From: Lingula anatina
Taxonomy: Eukaryota; Animalia; Brachiopoda
Direction: 5' to 3'
Length of the DNA: 64,000 nt
NCBI GenBank assembly: GCA_051362555.1
Contig: CM120643.1
Coordinates: 10,974,001 to 11,038,000 of the forward strand
The notes beneath the pieces are model-generated. The model searched no databases. It was not told the DNA's origin and saw only the letters and a program-made list of their open reading frames with translations. The first letter of the stretch is position 1, and the number at the start of each line of letters is the position of its first letter. A program made the position numbers and the translations under genes. Of this stretch, positions 47,701 to 60,800 are shown piece after piece.

Positions 47701-50700
47701 ATTTCTGGTACCGAATTTCAGATAGATTTTTGACATGTGGATTATATTATTGCAGAGTAAGGAACCGACACCAATAACTTGTATACATTGCCAGGACTTT
47801 ACTATCGCTTCATATGTATTAATTGTTACGATTTTTTAAAGATGCATTTCCTTTGGCAATTCAACATAGTTCCCTCGTTTTCTGATAGCTGAACCCAAAA
47901 CCTTCATCACGCCATCCCTGATCACGTGTGTGTCAGGACTGCTGTTGTGGGTGACATGCGCAGTGCCGGTGTTGGAGGGGCAATATGTGGCAATGGTTCT
48001 GCACTGTATGTTAAGATCCTTCACATTTGCCGTGCTCATCACATTCATCGCATATGCGTAAGTATTTCTTCGCATACCATGCATATAATGGGAAAGTTAT
48101 ATAAGAGCTTATTAGTTTTTTGTACCCCGGTATTTTAGCCTAGTGTCATATTCTTACTTATTTATATTTAGGGAAATACCTCATACCTTTACCTTTATTC
48201 ATTGTAACGTATGCATCTACATGGATAGATGAAAATGTACAAAAGGAATGTATCATGAATATATAATAATATCATGAATATAATAATAATAATTTATTGT
48301 CATATTTATACAAATATAAAATGAAAATTGCTATGATCTGTCGATAAAATGTGATACAGTGGAATTATTAAAATACATTTTGTTCATTAAAAATACGTAC
48401 TGCTGATGGATAAAAACTATTCTTGGTGCGCGTGGAGGTTGCTTTTAATGACCGCAGTCGGCTTGTTGACATATGCATAAGTAGGCTATTCGCTGGGTGA
48501 CCAGGGTCACTGTGATTGACTATACTTTCTTGAGCACTCGCCTCGTATACAAACATTCAATAGACGGCAGGTCCCTACCTACAATGCGCCTGGCAGTTTT
48601 TACTACGCGATTGAGGCGATTCTTGTCCTCTACTGTAGCACTACTGTACCAGACGGTGTAAGATTGTGTTAGCACACTCTCAATCACAGCCCGGTAAAAT
48701 TTTGCCAGCAGTTCTTGGTTGACATAGAATGACCTCAATCGTCGTAGAAAGTAGAGTCTTTGCTGAGCTTTGCAAATATAAATAAATATGAATTATGTTA
48801 AGTAGTGATATTGTATGACTCCTTGTATGAAAAATACAAAACATATTTGGCAGAGTCCAAAAAGGCTCAACCTACTCAACTGGTAATGGGTGCAGCACAG
48901 TCCCTTTTTTGGAAGGCAAACCATAAATACTTGGAAAGAGCAATAATATGTTCATTCTTCTGACCAGTCATTAGTGTTTTAAATTTATCCATTCTGGTAA
49001 GATGCTCAAAGTTACTATGTTGTTTTTTGTATACTGAATAAAGATCATATCGGAGGTCTGTATAAAGGGGGCATGACACTATATAGGAAATGGATTTCAT
49101 CTTCTATTTCGCCAGAATGGCACTTATTGCAAATTCTGTCTGCTTGGGGAATTTTTTCATGTCTACCTGTTTCAATACCTAGGTTGTGTGCACTTATGCG
49201 GAATCTGGTTAAAGTGGTGCATTTATCTCTATCTGTAATTGTATCTAAGTATCTTTCCTTCACATATTTGTTGTTGTATTGACAATAAACTTGCAATTTG
49301 GACTTGGTGTTGGTTATGTCTCTCTGCCATTCTTGTGTTATTCTGTCCCTGATTCTTTCCCTAAACCGCTGGATAAAGTTTTTATCATATCTTTGGCCTA
49401 GCCACACATCACCAAAGCCATTCTCAAAAAGTATTTGTCTCACACCTTCGCACCATGACATGTTTTCCTGCTTTATCTCTGTAAGGTTGGATGTGTTTAA
49501 AAGTTTGTAATTTTCTATTTCATCCAGGTATATGTTTACTAGTATGTACATTATCGCTTACAGTATACCTGCCTGTGCAAAGAATACGATAAATATTCTG
49601 TGAGTTATCCATTTTCTTACAGGTACACTATTATATGGATTTTACGTAGTTTTGAACGCATGTACGTGTACTAGCACAGTCTGCGTCGAAGAACTCGCGA
49701 TCGTAACTTCATAACCCAGATATATTTGTTTTTTCATTTGAAACGGATGTTGTGGAAGTTCCCTAGGTATCAACTAAAGTTTCGATCTGCACATTGCCTT
49801 ATTCGAATACTTCCACGATTCAAACAAATTGTTCGGTTCAAAAGAAGTTTACTGCAGATTCCTATATGTGTTTCATTTTGATTGCTCTAAGTACACTTTA
49901 TAGAATGGTCAAGGATATGGCCTACTGAGAAGGCGCAGCTGCTTGGTTACTTAAGCCCCCTTTACACTGGACGGCGTCCTTTCTGCGTCCAGCAGTACGG
50001 ACCCATTTGAGAGTTAAAAAATTATAATACTTTACGTGCCGACAACTGGCCGATCATTGAGCATTCATTCTGATACCAAATCAATGCTCGTGCCTCCTTA
50101 TTAAGACCTCAACGATGCCAAATTTCATGGTCGCAGAAAGGACACAGGAAGGACGCCGTCCAGTGTAAAGTGTGTATTATTGAGAATGATTATTGCGGAA
50201 ATGCTTAGTATGCTTACACCTTAGAAAAAGTGACAGTGTATTTCTAAACATTGTATTCAGATTTCATAATGCGTTATAACGTTATACTGATATTTGCACC
50301 TGGTATTTATGTCATTTTAAAGATTATATGCATTCACAGGTTTCCACATGAACATTTTGGCAAATGCTACGCCGTGCAGTGTGGTATTCAGTCAGTGACA
50401 GGTTTCCTGCAATTTCCACTATTCTCTTGGTTCAAGAGCCGCCTTGGAGGGGATCCACTTTATGTAATTATTTTCTTTGTTTCAGGACATATAATATAAT
50501 ATAATATAATATAATATAATATAATATAATGTTCTGTTATGCTATGCTATGTAATATAATGCAATGTCATATAACGTACCGTAACGTAATGTTACAGATA
50601 GCATGTATGACCTGAATATTCCTGTTATTTTTCAGTTCAGTGTGACTCTGTGTGGTATATCCTGTTTGTCGCTCAGTCTTCCAATATTCCTACTAAGACG

Positions 50701-50758
50701 GCCAAAGGTCCATCAGAGAGGACATGGCAGAGAAGATGCGAAGACCACCATGTCTTGA
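41367..50758 (+). CDS. SLC43A3: SLC43 family MFS transporter (SLC43A3/ENBT1-like), 9 coding exons, 581 aa
   Basis: Exons 41367-41716, 42222-42268, 45040-45209, 45486-45671, 46485-46947, 47127-47240, 47889-48057, 50340-50463, 50636-50758; GT-AG, phases compatible, 1746 nt. SLC43 motifs: GWPSLVYIFRDAGFYSDLC, CPAQEEILNLVFTV, LGYIYD, SHYTNVFGYMQL, AFPHEHFGK, LQFPLF, GDPLY. The family call is firm; the paralog (A1/A2/A3) is inferred. Confidence 0.85.
44415..44495. repeat. Perfect 35-bp inverted repeat with 11-nt loop (SLC43 intron 2)
   Basis: ACATTTAAGAAATAAATAACAAAATTTTACCTACA-tcaaaggtatg-TGTAGGTAAAATTTTGTTATTTATTTCTTAAATGT. Confidence 0.9.
46070..46315. mobile_element. Kolobok-like MITE (TTAA TSD), degenerate
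   Basis: TTAA|AGGGACACCCCATGGGATTTTCCAGCCAAAATGAATT ... AATTCATTTTGGTGGGGAATTCCTATGGAGTGGCCCG|TTAA. A related left end occurs at ~36440. Confidence 0.6.
48281..48775 (-). mobile_element. Rex1/Babar-like (CR1 group) LINE, 5'-truncated
   Basis: KAQQRLYFLRRLRSFYVNQELLAKFYRAVIESVLT...WYSSATVEDKNRLNRVVKTARRIVGRDLPS...RTKNSFYPSAVRIFN, then AATAAA and a (TTA)n tail. Confidence 0.85.
48876..49551 (-). mobile_element. LINE ORF2 C-terminal fragment with Cys/His motif (frameshifted)
   Basis: SWCEGVRQILFENGFGDVW...SKLQVY...TRFRISAHNLGIETGRHEKIPQADRICNKCHSGEIEDEIHFL/SCPLYTDLR, split across two ORFs. Confidence 0.8.
49955..50175. mobile_element. MITE (Harbinger-like TIRs)
   Basis: CTTTACACTGGACGGCGTCCTT ... 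AAGGACGCCGTCCAGTGTAAAG inverted repeats. Confidence 0.7.
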
Positions 50759-52536
50759 TTGCGTTAGCTGTCCCTTCAGCACATTCATGAGCTATTGCAC
50801 TTGTTGTGTGAACTGACAAAAGCGTGAATGTTATATTATATTAATAGCGTAACTGTAACACCAGTATTTGCCGTATTTTAACCCCCGAATTGTTGGCACG
50901 TGTATTATATACCCAAATGGACGTTTGGTCATAAAAAGTGGGTCACTTACCGTACCCAATCCAAGCGAAAAATGATACTTGGTAATCAACTTTTCAAAGC
51001 ACTGGCACATAGGTGCAGACGCTATAGGTGGAAAGGAACCAAGATACCGATCATTTAAATCGCGGACATAGTTAGTTATAATTGCCTTTACAAGTAGACT
51101 TCCTCAGTTTTAATGTTAAAGGTGCATACGAACCGAGCATCGGTGGAGCGTGGATTCCCAGTAACACATGTAAACCACTTCTACTAGATTCTTGTATGAC
51201 TCAAATAAATTCGACATGCCAAGGGATAAACTGAATAGATCCCTCGATCAGCCATAAAAGACATTTAGACTGCTCCTTTCTTTAAATTTATGGTTGTAAA
51301 TTTAACCTACATTTGTGACCTACTTTCCTGCCCCATTGACATACAGCTTAGAATGACAGCAGAAAAATTCGTTCAAACATCACTTGTGGGTAAAATTAAA
51401 CCATGCCTTTTGGTAATTCTCTTAGTTATACTACTTGAAACTATATGCTGGCATTTGGTTGGTTTTTGTGACAAAAAATTGGCTTTGTATGCATCTTTAA
51501 AACATTTAATACGATTATTATTATTTTTTTATTCATGATAGGCCTATTAATCAATTTTTATGATGTGAGGTAGTTGGGACTTTATAAAGAAATCTCAACA
51601 ATATTTGAATAATATTCCAGTAACAGAGAAAGATAGGCTAACAATGTGAGTGGAACTTCTACCTGAGGTGTGCAATCAGCTGAGCTAACCTCGATGAGAA
51701 CGACATGACAGCCACTGAAATATATGAGTGCAAAAATTAACTTGTTTTAGCAGCTTAGTCTGTCGTGAAACAGCTGATGGAATTCTTAAATTGAAATGAA
51801 ATAAATTACTTAAAAAGGACCAGGGTATTTATTTATTTATTTATTTATTTATTTGTTTATTTATTTATTTATGTGTGTGTCGGAGTGGAGGACGTAGGGC
51901 GCGCAAGGGAATATCTTTCTCTGGCAATGGTCATTGTTGTCAGGTGTGCGCCCGACGTGTATTTGAAAAAAAAAAAAAATACACGCAACAGTCCACAAAA
52001 TCCACAAACAGCTGTTACCTAAATCACGGTCTTTGTTCAATAATCTGCTTTGAGATCATCAACCGCAAAGAAAACACATGTTAACGTGAAATTTTAATGA
52101 TTCGGGTTTTATACCGGTTGTCTTAGCGAATTGGGACATCTAATGTTTACCCATTCAATTGATTCGCGCTTGTCTAGTCAATTAACGAACACATTTTTCT
52201 GTATGAAATAACTGTAGGCACGGGGATGGAAACAAATTGTTTGTTTTTGCCACGTTACGCTCGTTTTACTATACATGTAGGGGTATTTGTGCGAGGAAAA
52301 TACCGCCGAAGCTGACGGAAGTCAAAAATGTGCCCCGGCCCTGTATCCGCCATTGCCTCGTTAGGTTCCGTTTACACGTTGTCAATACACACACACACTC
52401 ACACACACACACACACACACACACAGTGCATGCTGCATATATGGTGTTTGATTTCACAAAATGTCGGTAATATCCGAGGGCAGCGGCAGTGAGGTTCAAT
52501 GGAGTTGCACTATTTTGGATCTCAGGAAATGACAAG

Positions 52537-52826
52537 TATTGAGTGTTTGTATACGAGACGAGTGCTCAAGAAAGTGAAGTCAATCACGGGTGACCCTGGT
52601 CACCCAGCGAATAGCCTACTTATGCATATGTCAACAAGCCGACTACGGTCATTAAAAGCAACCTCCACGCGCACTAAAAATAGTTTTTATCCATCAGCAG
52701 TACGTATTTTTAATGAACAAAATGTATTTTAATAATTACACTGTATCACATTTTATCGACAGATCATACCAATTTTCATTTTATACCTGTATAAATATGA
52801 CAATAAATTATTATTATTATTATTAT
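52537..52826 (+). mobile_element. Rex1/Babar-like LINE, shorter 5'-truncated copy
   Basis: Near-identical reverse complement of 48281-48562, ending in AATAAA(TTA)n. Confidence 0.85.
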
Positions 52827-53309
52827 AACCACTGATATGCAGCATTTTAAAGTTCAATGTACAAATGCATGTCTTTTAATACGTACAATGACAAAACTTA
52901 TCCAGTTTATTTTTTCAAACTAGAACGAAAAAAAAAAATTATATCAAAAAGTCCAGACGGAAAACACCGACAGGCTATGAGAATTTCAATATTTCGTTCA
53001 TTCCAAAGGTAGGCTACATTTGAACTGAGCGTCGGTGGAGCGTTGACTCCCAATAGGCCTCTTAGTAAATAAATAAATAAATAAGTAAATAAAAACAAAT
53101 AGAAATAATAATGATAATAATAATATATGCCGAATTTTTGAAACAGAAATCTCTGAAATATTGGCCTCTACCACCAGCCAAAAACCTTACCCCAAACAAA
53201 CATCCAGTAAGACTGTGTAGGCCCCCTACCGGTATATACTCTAGTATATATATATATAGTATATACTCGGTATATATGTTTGTATCTCAGTAGTTCGATC
53301 GTATTATGA

Positions 53310-53452
53310 ACCCTCGATCAGGGCCACAGATTGATTTTTCACGAGATATTATAATTAACAGATATGTCTCTGATTAAATAGATGACTAATCTCTGTACTG
53401 TCGCCTCAGGAAAAATGTCCACAGAATAATAACTGCGGCCCTGGTAGAGGGT
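53310..53452. mobile_element. Small MITE-like element upstream of the receptor gene
   Basis: ACCCTCGATCAGGGCCACAG ... CTGCGGCCCTGGTAGAGGGT imperfect TIRs. Confidence 0.45.
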
Positions 53453-53474
53453 AACTAGAGACGTCACTGGAAAA

Positions 53475-53484
53475 GGGGATTTCC
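53475..53484 (+). promoter_or_regulatory. NF-kB-like site in the probable promoter of the TNFR-like/Sushi gene
   Basis: GGGGATTTCC fits GGGRNNYYCC; GACGTCA lies 15 bp upstream; probable non-coding first exon ends at CAG|GTAAGC ~53604. Confidence 0.35.
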
Positions 53485-54301
53485 CTCCCTAGCCAGCCTC
53501 GTTATCGCTGTAGTCGGCCATTTGTAGGCTGTAAACAGAAGCGTTCTTATTTTCACGTTGTTTTGTTTTTTAGACTACACCTACGAACCAAATATGTCGC
53601 GCAGGTAAGCAAGGCACTGATCAGTGCTGTAGTTCTACAGTATATAGTCAAGTGGACGTGCAGTGTCATTGCAGTGTTCCACGCAAATCAATGTCACGGT
53701 CGCGTTGTTTGTGAGTGGCGTGGGCCATGTTTTTTTTTCTAGGTTAAGGTCAGTGTGAGATGCGCTTACTTCTTTTATGTGAGTCATCTGTTTTTACTTT
53801 ATTATGTTTGTAACTGTGTAGTAAGTTGTGTTTGTTTATGCTTGTAATTAGTACCTTGATTGTTAAGCTTCAAGGTGCACCGGTAGCACAAGTAGTACGC
53901 ATACATTGTACATTGTACGTCAATATTGACAAGAAAGCAATCGTTAGCTTACATGCGGAAAATCTGCATATGAAATCACTCTGAAAGTGAACTACTGTAG
54001 TTGCTTGCCCAATGTAAAAATAAAGTAATTATTCTTCAGACAACATCTTAATGTTGCAATAATTTTTACCTCCAATATTTCGATGTCTAGCAGAACATCT
54101 TCATTTTTCTAACATAAAACAGCTGATGAAATTCGTCTTTGCCCAACGTATTTTTGAAGTAGGAAGAAGCAGATTTTAGTTGTACCCAAAATTGTTCTTG
54201 TACCCTAGGGCCCATTGCCTCAATTTTTAGCCTTTCTTGTTATGTAGGTAAGGATTCATTCCCCCCAGTATAGTGTATAAGAGTGTATGCGGAGTGTATA
54301 A

Positions 54302-54486
54302 GACCCCATTTCCATAGATTTTTGATCTTAGCCGGCTTAAGGGTCTGTCCCGCCTACTGAAAGCTGTAAGGGGGTAATTAACTATGGTGCGCGCTCAGCT
54401 GACTGCAATTTAGCGTGAACCCCCAGGGAGTTAGGTCAATCTAAATCTTAATCTCTGGATCGATCTAAATCTCTGGGAATACACCC
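54302..54486. mobile_element. MITE (PIF/Harbinger-like, TAA TSD), copy B
   Basis: TAA|GACCCCATTTCCA ... TCTCTGGGAATACACCC|TAA; interior shared with 19746-19961. Confidence 0.7.
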
Positions 54487-54840
54487 TAAGACGTTGCATT
54501 TTTTTTTTTTTTTTTTTGTAAATGGCTGGAATAAAAATACCAAAACGTTATCAGATTAGTGTGTGAAATGATATAAAAGCACTTTAAGTGTGAATACAGT
54601 GTATATACTATGGTATATGTACAGGTACAAAGTTTAACATAAGACAATGCATATTTGCAAATTGTGGGTCTTTTTTCATCAGTTATCTGCTTTTATTTTT
54701 AAGCGAGTGAATCTGTATGTTTTAATAAATGTATCTTATCAATTTTCAGTTTAACTAAATATCAGCCAATATGAGCATTGAAGCAGTGATCTTTGTTTGA
54801 TTGAATTACATAGCTGATGTTTGGTACACGTAAGATAGAG

Positions 54841-57800
54841 ATGAAGAGAGAGATGAAGAGGGTAAGGCATTTGGACAATACCAGTATATTGATCAGCTGT
54901 AATACCCCTGTATATTGCTTATCATACATGTAGCCTAGCCAGAATTCATGAACAATCTAAACAATACATAGCAAAGCAAGGTGATTCAGTGCACCAGTAT
55001 ACAAACTAGAGGCATTAATGGTTGTGTATCTTTTTACTAGTATTTATTTATTTATATTTTTTGTCAGGACATCTTATGTTAACTTAACCATTTTCCTTCC
55101 AGTTCCTCTGTGTTGGTCTCCTCTGTCTAGGATGTGTGCTTGCCTTTGACTGCCCAACTTAGTAAGTCTATTCTATGCTTAAGACTGCTTTACATCAAAA
55201 GGACTTTGATCTGGCTTAGATTACACGGATGCTATACATTTAATACACTCTGCCTAGTTTACTGGGTATTTTGAAAATGATGAACTTGGAACAATTGATC
55301 CACATTCAGCTGACAAGTTGTTCACTTGACTAGGTTTAAGTCACTACTATGTAAATCTCTGTATCAAGATGACCAGAATTTGGTCTGAGGATTAAGCTTG
55401 CACATCAATAAACAAACAATAATTTAATAATCAATAAACAAACAATAATTTAATAATTAAATTGATTTAAAACAAATAAATGAAAATAGAAATAAAAACA
55501 AATTATGCTACCACTAAGATTGTTTGTGAAGTGTTTTTGAGATAGATTACCTAGCTGACATCTAGACAGAATTAATTATGACACGTCTGAACATTCCATG
55601 ATAGGAACTGTTACATGAATTTTTTATTACACTGTATATTTTTCTAACTGTACTGTATTACTCTAAAGCTCTGAAATTTCTTTCTACCTCTTTATAGCAT
55701 GTACCATAAAAATGGAGAGTGCCATCCTTGCCTTCTGTGTAAAAAGTATGGTGGTGCGCCCAGGGACGACCATGTTGAACAAGGCTGTTTTCCAGATCCT
55801 AGAACAGCGGACAGCAATAATAAGGTGCACATCAGTGGTTATGGTCCACTGTATTGCAAGACAGGAAAAAATCCAGGTATTTTATTTCTCCCCAAATAGA
55901 TCACATTTGGAAATAAAATCTTGTGCCTTGGTTATACTTAGTCTTTTACTTGACACAAAACAAACTGAAATTTCAGTCATTGACAAACTAATTTTTTTTA
56001 TTCCAAATTCAATGTAGTATAAATGTTATTATTGTAGAAAATAAAAAAAAATTAGTAGCTTTAAAAAATTTGAAAAAAATGAGCAAAAATTCTACATATT
56101 ACAAATTTAGCTGAGACCAGTAAGGAAACAGATATTACAATTAGCGCAGATAGGGGTGTTAAGAGAACAGTTTATTGTGCACTACTTTCTTGTTCAGAAA
56201 AATATATACATTTACTGAGTACCGTAGACATATTTATGTTCAGTATTTGTTCAAAAAATTATTTACTAGGTCTGCCCTAGTTTTGACCTCCATTTGACAC
56301 AACCCCCTTTCCTGTTCGTATACAATGTAAAACTAAATTACCTATTTTTCTGACATTTTTATCAATTACTGGTCAGCAAACTCATTATTGCAAAAGAGTA
56401 ATCCATAAAGGCGCTGTACATATATGAATTGTTATTACCTGAGGTAGGAACACTAATCCTGCGCAAAAATATTGTTTTCAAAATTTTTGGCCTCCGTTTT
56501 AGTTAAGAAATCGATAAAAAATGCACGCTTTCAGAGCGAATTTGCTGACCTACATAAAAACAAGTCACCATGACCAAAATAGGCTGCTACAGCTGCTACG
56601 TCATTGGTAGACACTGGGGTTGACCTATATAATGCACATGACCTGCTTTCTACAGTATGTCAGTCTGCTGCCGCGTGTTGGATTGAAGTCGTTCTTTGTA
56701 AAAAGCGTCCATATTATGTCATGGTTAAAAAGTGTGTTGCCCAAAACTGCTCAAACTCAAAGCATACTGGGCCAGCTTGCATTGGTTTCCGCAAAAACCT
56801 AATTTACAATGCCAATGGGTGGAATTTGTGCAAACAAAAAGGAAGAATTTCAATGCACCCTCACCATTGTCTCAGGCCGTTCTTTGTGGGGCACACCTTG
56901 AGGAAGACTGCTTCGCATCCCCGCTTATGAACGCTCTGGGTTTAAAGACAAAAAGGACGTTGAAAGAAGATGCTGTCCCTACCCTTCATGAAACAACCAC
57001 ACCAGATAAGACAGTAATGCGTCTCGTGAAGGGTCGTTCTGACTGAGAAGCTTGAAGCATCCAGGGTAAGTAAGGATTCATTTATTTCGTTACATTATGC
57101 TTACCAACATTGCATTAACTCGTGATAATTCATTTCAGTTAGGTAGATAATAGTAAAGAAAAATGAAAAATGTGATTGAATGCATACGATTTACCACCAC
57201 ACATCAATTTTGATTCACAACAACAAGGGGGGTGTCCAGTTGTTTATTTTGACATAGTGGTCATTGTAGCTTTCGAAAACGCATATCAGATGCATTTCTT
57301 ATTTAGTTACTAGGTGGATTTAAGTCAGGAGAAACCTCTCAAAATGACATGTCATGTTTAGAAGAACCACTAGCCAGCACTACTCAGTCCCCAGTCCCCA
57401 CCATCCCCAGTAAGGGAGCTGCCCGAAGTATTAGCTAAACGTACCACTGGGACTCAGTGCTCTGAGAGATTACATTATCATAGCAAAGGTAAATTGTTCT
57501 TTGTTCATTTATTTAGTGTTGGTAGTTACTAGTATTAGGTTCATAGTAGTAATTAAGATGTGGAGGGCATAATGACTCCCACTAGTTACACCAATAAACA
57601 CATAGTAGGCAGGGAAAATTTTTATTTCTAGCAACCTCCTCATCCCTTCAAATTTCTTATCTGTTCTGAATTTTTTTTTTTTTTTTTTTGGGGGGGGGGG
57701 TTCAATTAACTGCACATGAATTTGAATGTATAAGGGAATTTACTGTCCAAAGGGTTTATAATCTACAGTAATCTTCCTACAGCTTTATGTGAAAGTAAGT

Positions 57801-60800
57801 CAGTTAAGAGGAGGATTTCCTGATCTTTGTTTTCATAAATGATTTAACCTTTTGTACTTCCTTTTAGCTACACAGTTAGAAAGGAAAAAACACAACCAAC
57901 ATACAGTATGTTTTCAAAATATTCAGATTCAATTTTGGAATTGTCATGCTTTATTTTAACACTTTTCATTTTAATCTTTGTATTATATTAACTTGCAACT
58001 TTCTTGAAGATATTTATCAACATTTCCAATTATAACAATACTTAAAAATAAAATCTTCCCTTCCATTTTACAGATTTCACTGGCATAATACTTCTAATAC
58101 AGCTTCGAGATTCTATTCAAGAGGTACACCAGAACCAACCAGACACTCTCCAGTGACATGGATGTTGGAGACAAGAGAAAAGCAGTACAGCAACATGTAC
58201 ACCGCTTTGCTGACCATTAGCCAAGTGGAATACATGAACTGTAATATTTAACATAGTGTGATCAATTGCAAAAGAAATGTAGTGAATTCTAAGTACTTGT
58301 AATGGTCATTTTTATGTACAGACACAGATGTGTCTGTACATATTGCCATCACCTGCGTCTGTCGTCGCCGATGCCGTCGCCGATGCCGATGCCGATGCCG
58401 ATGCCGATGCCGTCGCCGATGCCGTGCACTTTCCTTGTAAACACGATAAGTGGAGGACAGTTTTACTTTTTGGCTTTATATTTACAGAGCTGATGAATAT
58501 TCATAAAACGCAGGTCAAGTTCGAAAATCAGCATGATCGGGCCATTATTGTAGAAGTTATGCTGTTTTTTCTTTTTTTAGCATATATGCAACCCTGTAAA
58601 CACATTTTAAGGAAAACCGTTAGGCCTGTTGTCATGAAACTCACAGGAGTAATCAATCTTACTAAAACGCAGGTCAAGTTCATAAATCGGCATGATCGGG
58701 CCACTATTTTAGTAGTTATGCTGTTTTTTCATTTTTCAGCATATATGCAACACTGTAAACACAATATAAGAAAAACAGATAGGCCAATTGTCATTAAACT
58801 CACAGGAGTGGTCAATCTTACTAAAATGCAGGCTGAGTTCGAAAATCAGCATAATCGGGGCATTATTTTAGTAGTTATGTTGTTTTTTCACATTTCCTCA
58901 GATTTAATTCTTAGGCATGTTAACAGTCTCATTATTGAACTAATAAGATACGAAAAAGTGTTTGTTTGATATTTCCTGCATCTTTACAACATTGTTAGTT
59001 GATCATGTAAAAATGATGGTAAACTTGTTTTAGTGTATTGTGTAATAAAGTGTCAAAAATGGAAATAAATTCATATCATTGCAGTTTGTCAGATTCAATC
59101 ATCCACTATGTTCAGAATCTCAGAATGGAGGAAATTGGACATTTAACATTATTCTATTGATACTTTTCCCATCTCATCAATTTTCTTAGTTGATCATATA
59201 AAAATGGCAGTAAACTGTTTATTTTGTTTTATGTTTAAAAAGTGTTAAAAATGGAAATAAACCCATGTCAGAGCAGTGCTGTCTTGTTTCACATTTCCTC
59301 AGATTCAATTCTTAGGCATGTTAACAGTCTCATTATTTAACTAATAAGACATGTTAAAGTGTTTGGTTGACATTTCCTGCATCTTTACAACATTATTAGT
59401 TGATTATGTTAAACTGATGGTAAACTTGTTATCGTGTATTGTGTAATAAAGATTCAAAAATGGAAAAAAACTCATATCATTGCAGTTTGTCAGATTCAAT
59501 CATTCACTATGTTCAGAATCTCAGAATGGGGGAAATTGGGCATTTAACACTGTTGTATTTATATTTTTCCCATCTCATCAATTTTCTTAGTTGATCATAT
59601 AAAAATGGCAGTAACCTGTTAATTTTGTTTTATGTTAAAAAAATTGTTAAAAATTGGAAAAAAAAACATTTCAGAACAGTGCTCTCTTGTGTACATTTTG
59701 GCATTTTCAAGTTGTGACTTTGAAGTTCCATGGGCCTGAAGATCTTTGCTAGTCACATTTTCTGAATATCCATGATACTAATATTTTATTATTAAAATTG
59801 ATGGTCATTATGCTGTTAAACATTATGTAATATTACATCAAAATTTAAAAAAAAAAAACTATTTTAGGCACTGCTCCCATGATGACCATTTAAGAAAAAC
59901 AATGTCACTTACTGTTCTCAAACAGTACAGTAAATATATACAAATGTGTCTGTACATATTGCCATCACCTGCATCTGCCGTCGTCGCCGTCACTGTCACT
60001 GTTGCCAGCGCCGTGCACTTTCATTGTAAACACGATATGTGGAAGGCAGTTTTACTTTTTGGCTATGTATTTACAGAGCTGATGAATATTCATAAAACGC
60101 AGGTCAAGTTCGAAAATCAGCATGATCGGGCCATTTTTGTAGAAGTTATGCTGTTTTTTCACTTTTCAGCATATATGCAACACTGTAAACACATTTAAAG
60201 GAAAACTGATAGGCCTGTTGTCATGAAACTCACAGGAGAAATCAATCTTATTATAACGCAGGTCAAGTTCGAAAATCGGCGTGATCGGGCCACTATTTTA
60301 GTAGTTATGCTTTTTTTTTCACTTTTCAGCATATATGCAACACTGTAAACACAATATAAGAAAAACAGATAGGCCAATTGTCATTAAACTCACAGGAGTG
60401 GTCATTCCTGCTAAAGTGCAGGTTGAGTTAAAAAATCAGCATAATCGGACCATTAAAGAAATGCCGTTTTTTCACATTTCCTCAGATTTAATTCTTAGGC
60501 ATGTTTACAGTTTCATTATTTAATTAATAAGATATGTAAAAGTGTTTGTTTGGCATTTCCTGCATCTTTACAACATTATTAGTTGATTATGTAAAAATGA
60601 TGGTAAACTTATTATCGTGTATTGTGTAATAAACTTTTAAAATGGAAATAAACTCATATCATTGCAGTTTGTCAGATTCAATCATTAAAATTTGATGTAT
60701 AATTTGCAGTTTAACATAATATACTTTTGCATCAGAATTGACAGTAGCCTATTTTGTGCATAGTTATTTCCTGTTTTTTGTCTGTACATTTGACAGCTTT

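Noticed and set aside
47652-47707. Possible extra SLC43 exon (TTINDQKFEEDPVLESIS)
   Set aside because: Its open frame needs a phase-2 upstream donor, but exon 6 ends in phase 1 and joins 47889 cleanly.
51690-51730. Hammerhead-ribozyme-like words (GATGA...GAAA) here and at ~54068-54106 (-)
   Set aside because: The CUGANGA core and stems are not intact; at most degenerate Penelope-type ends.
58328-58969. 213-aa ORF with internal repeats
   Set aside because: Lies wholly in the microsatellite and tandem core of the Helentron-type element and is not kept open in the other copies.
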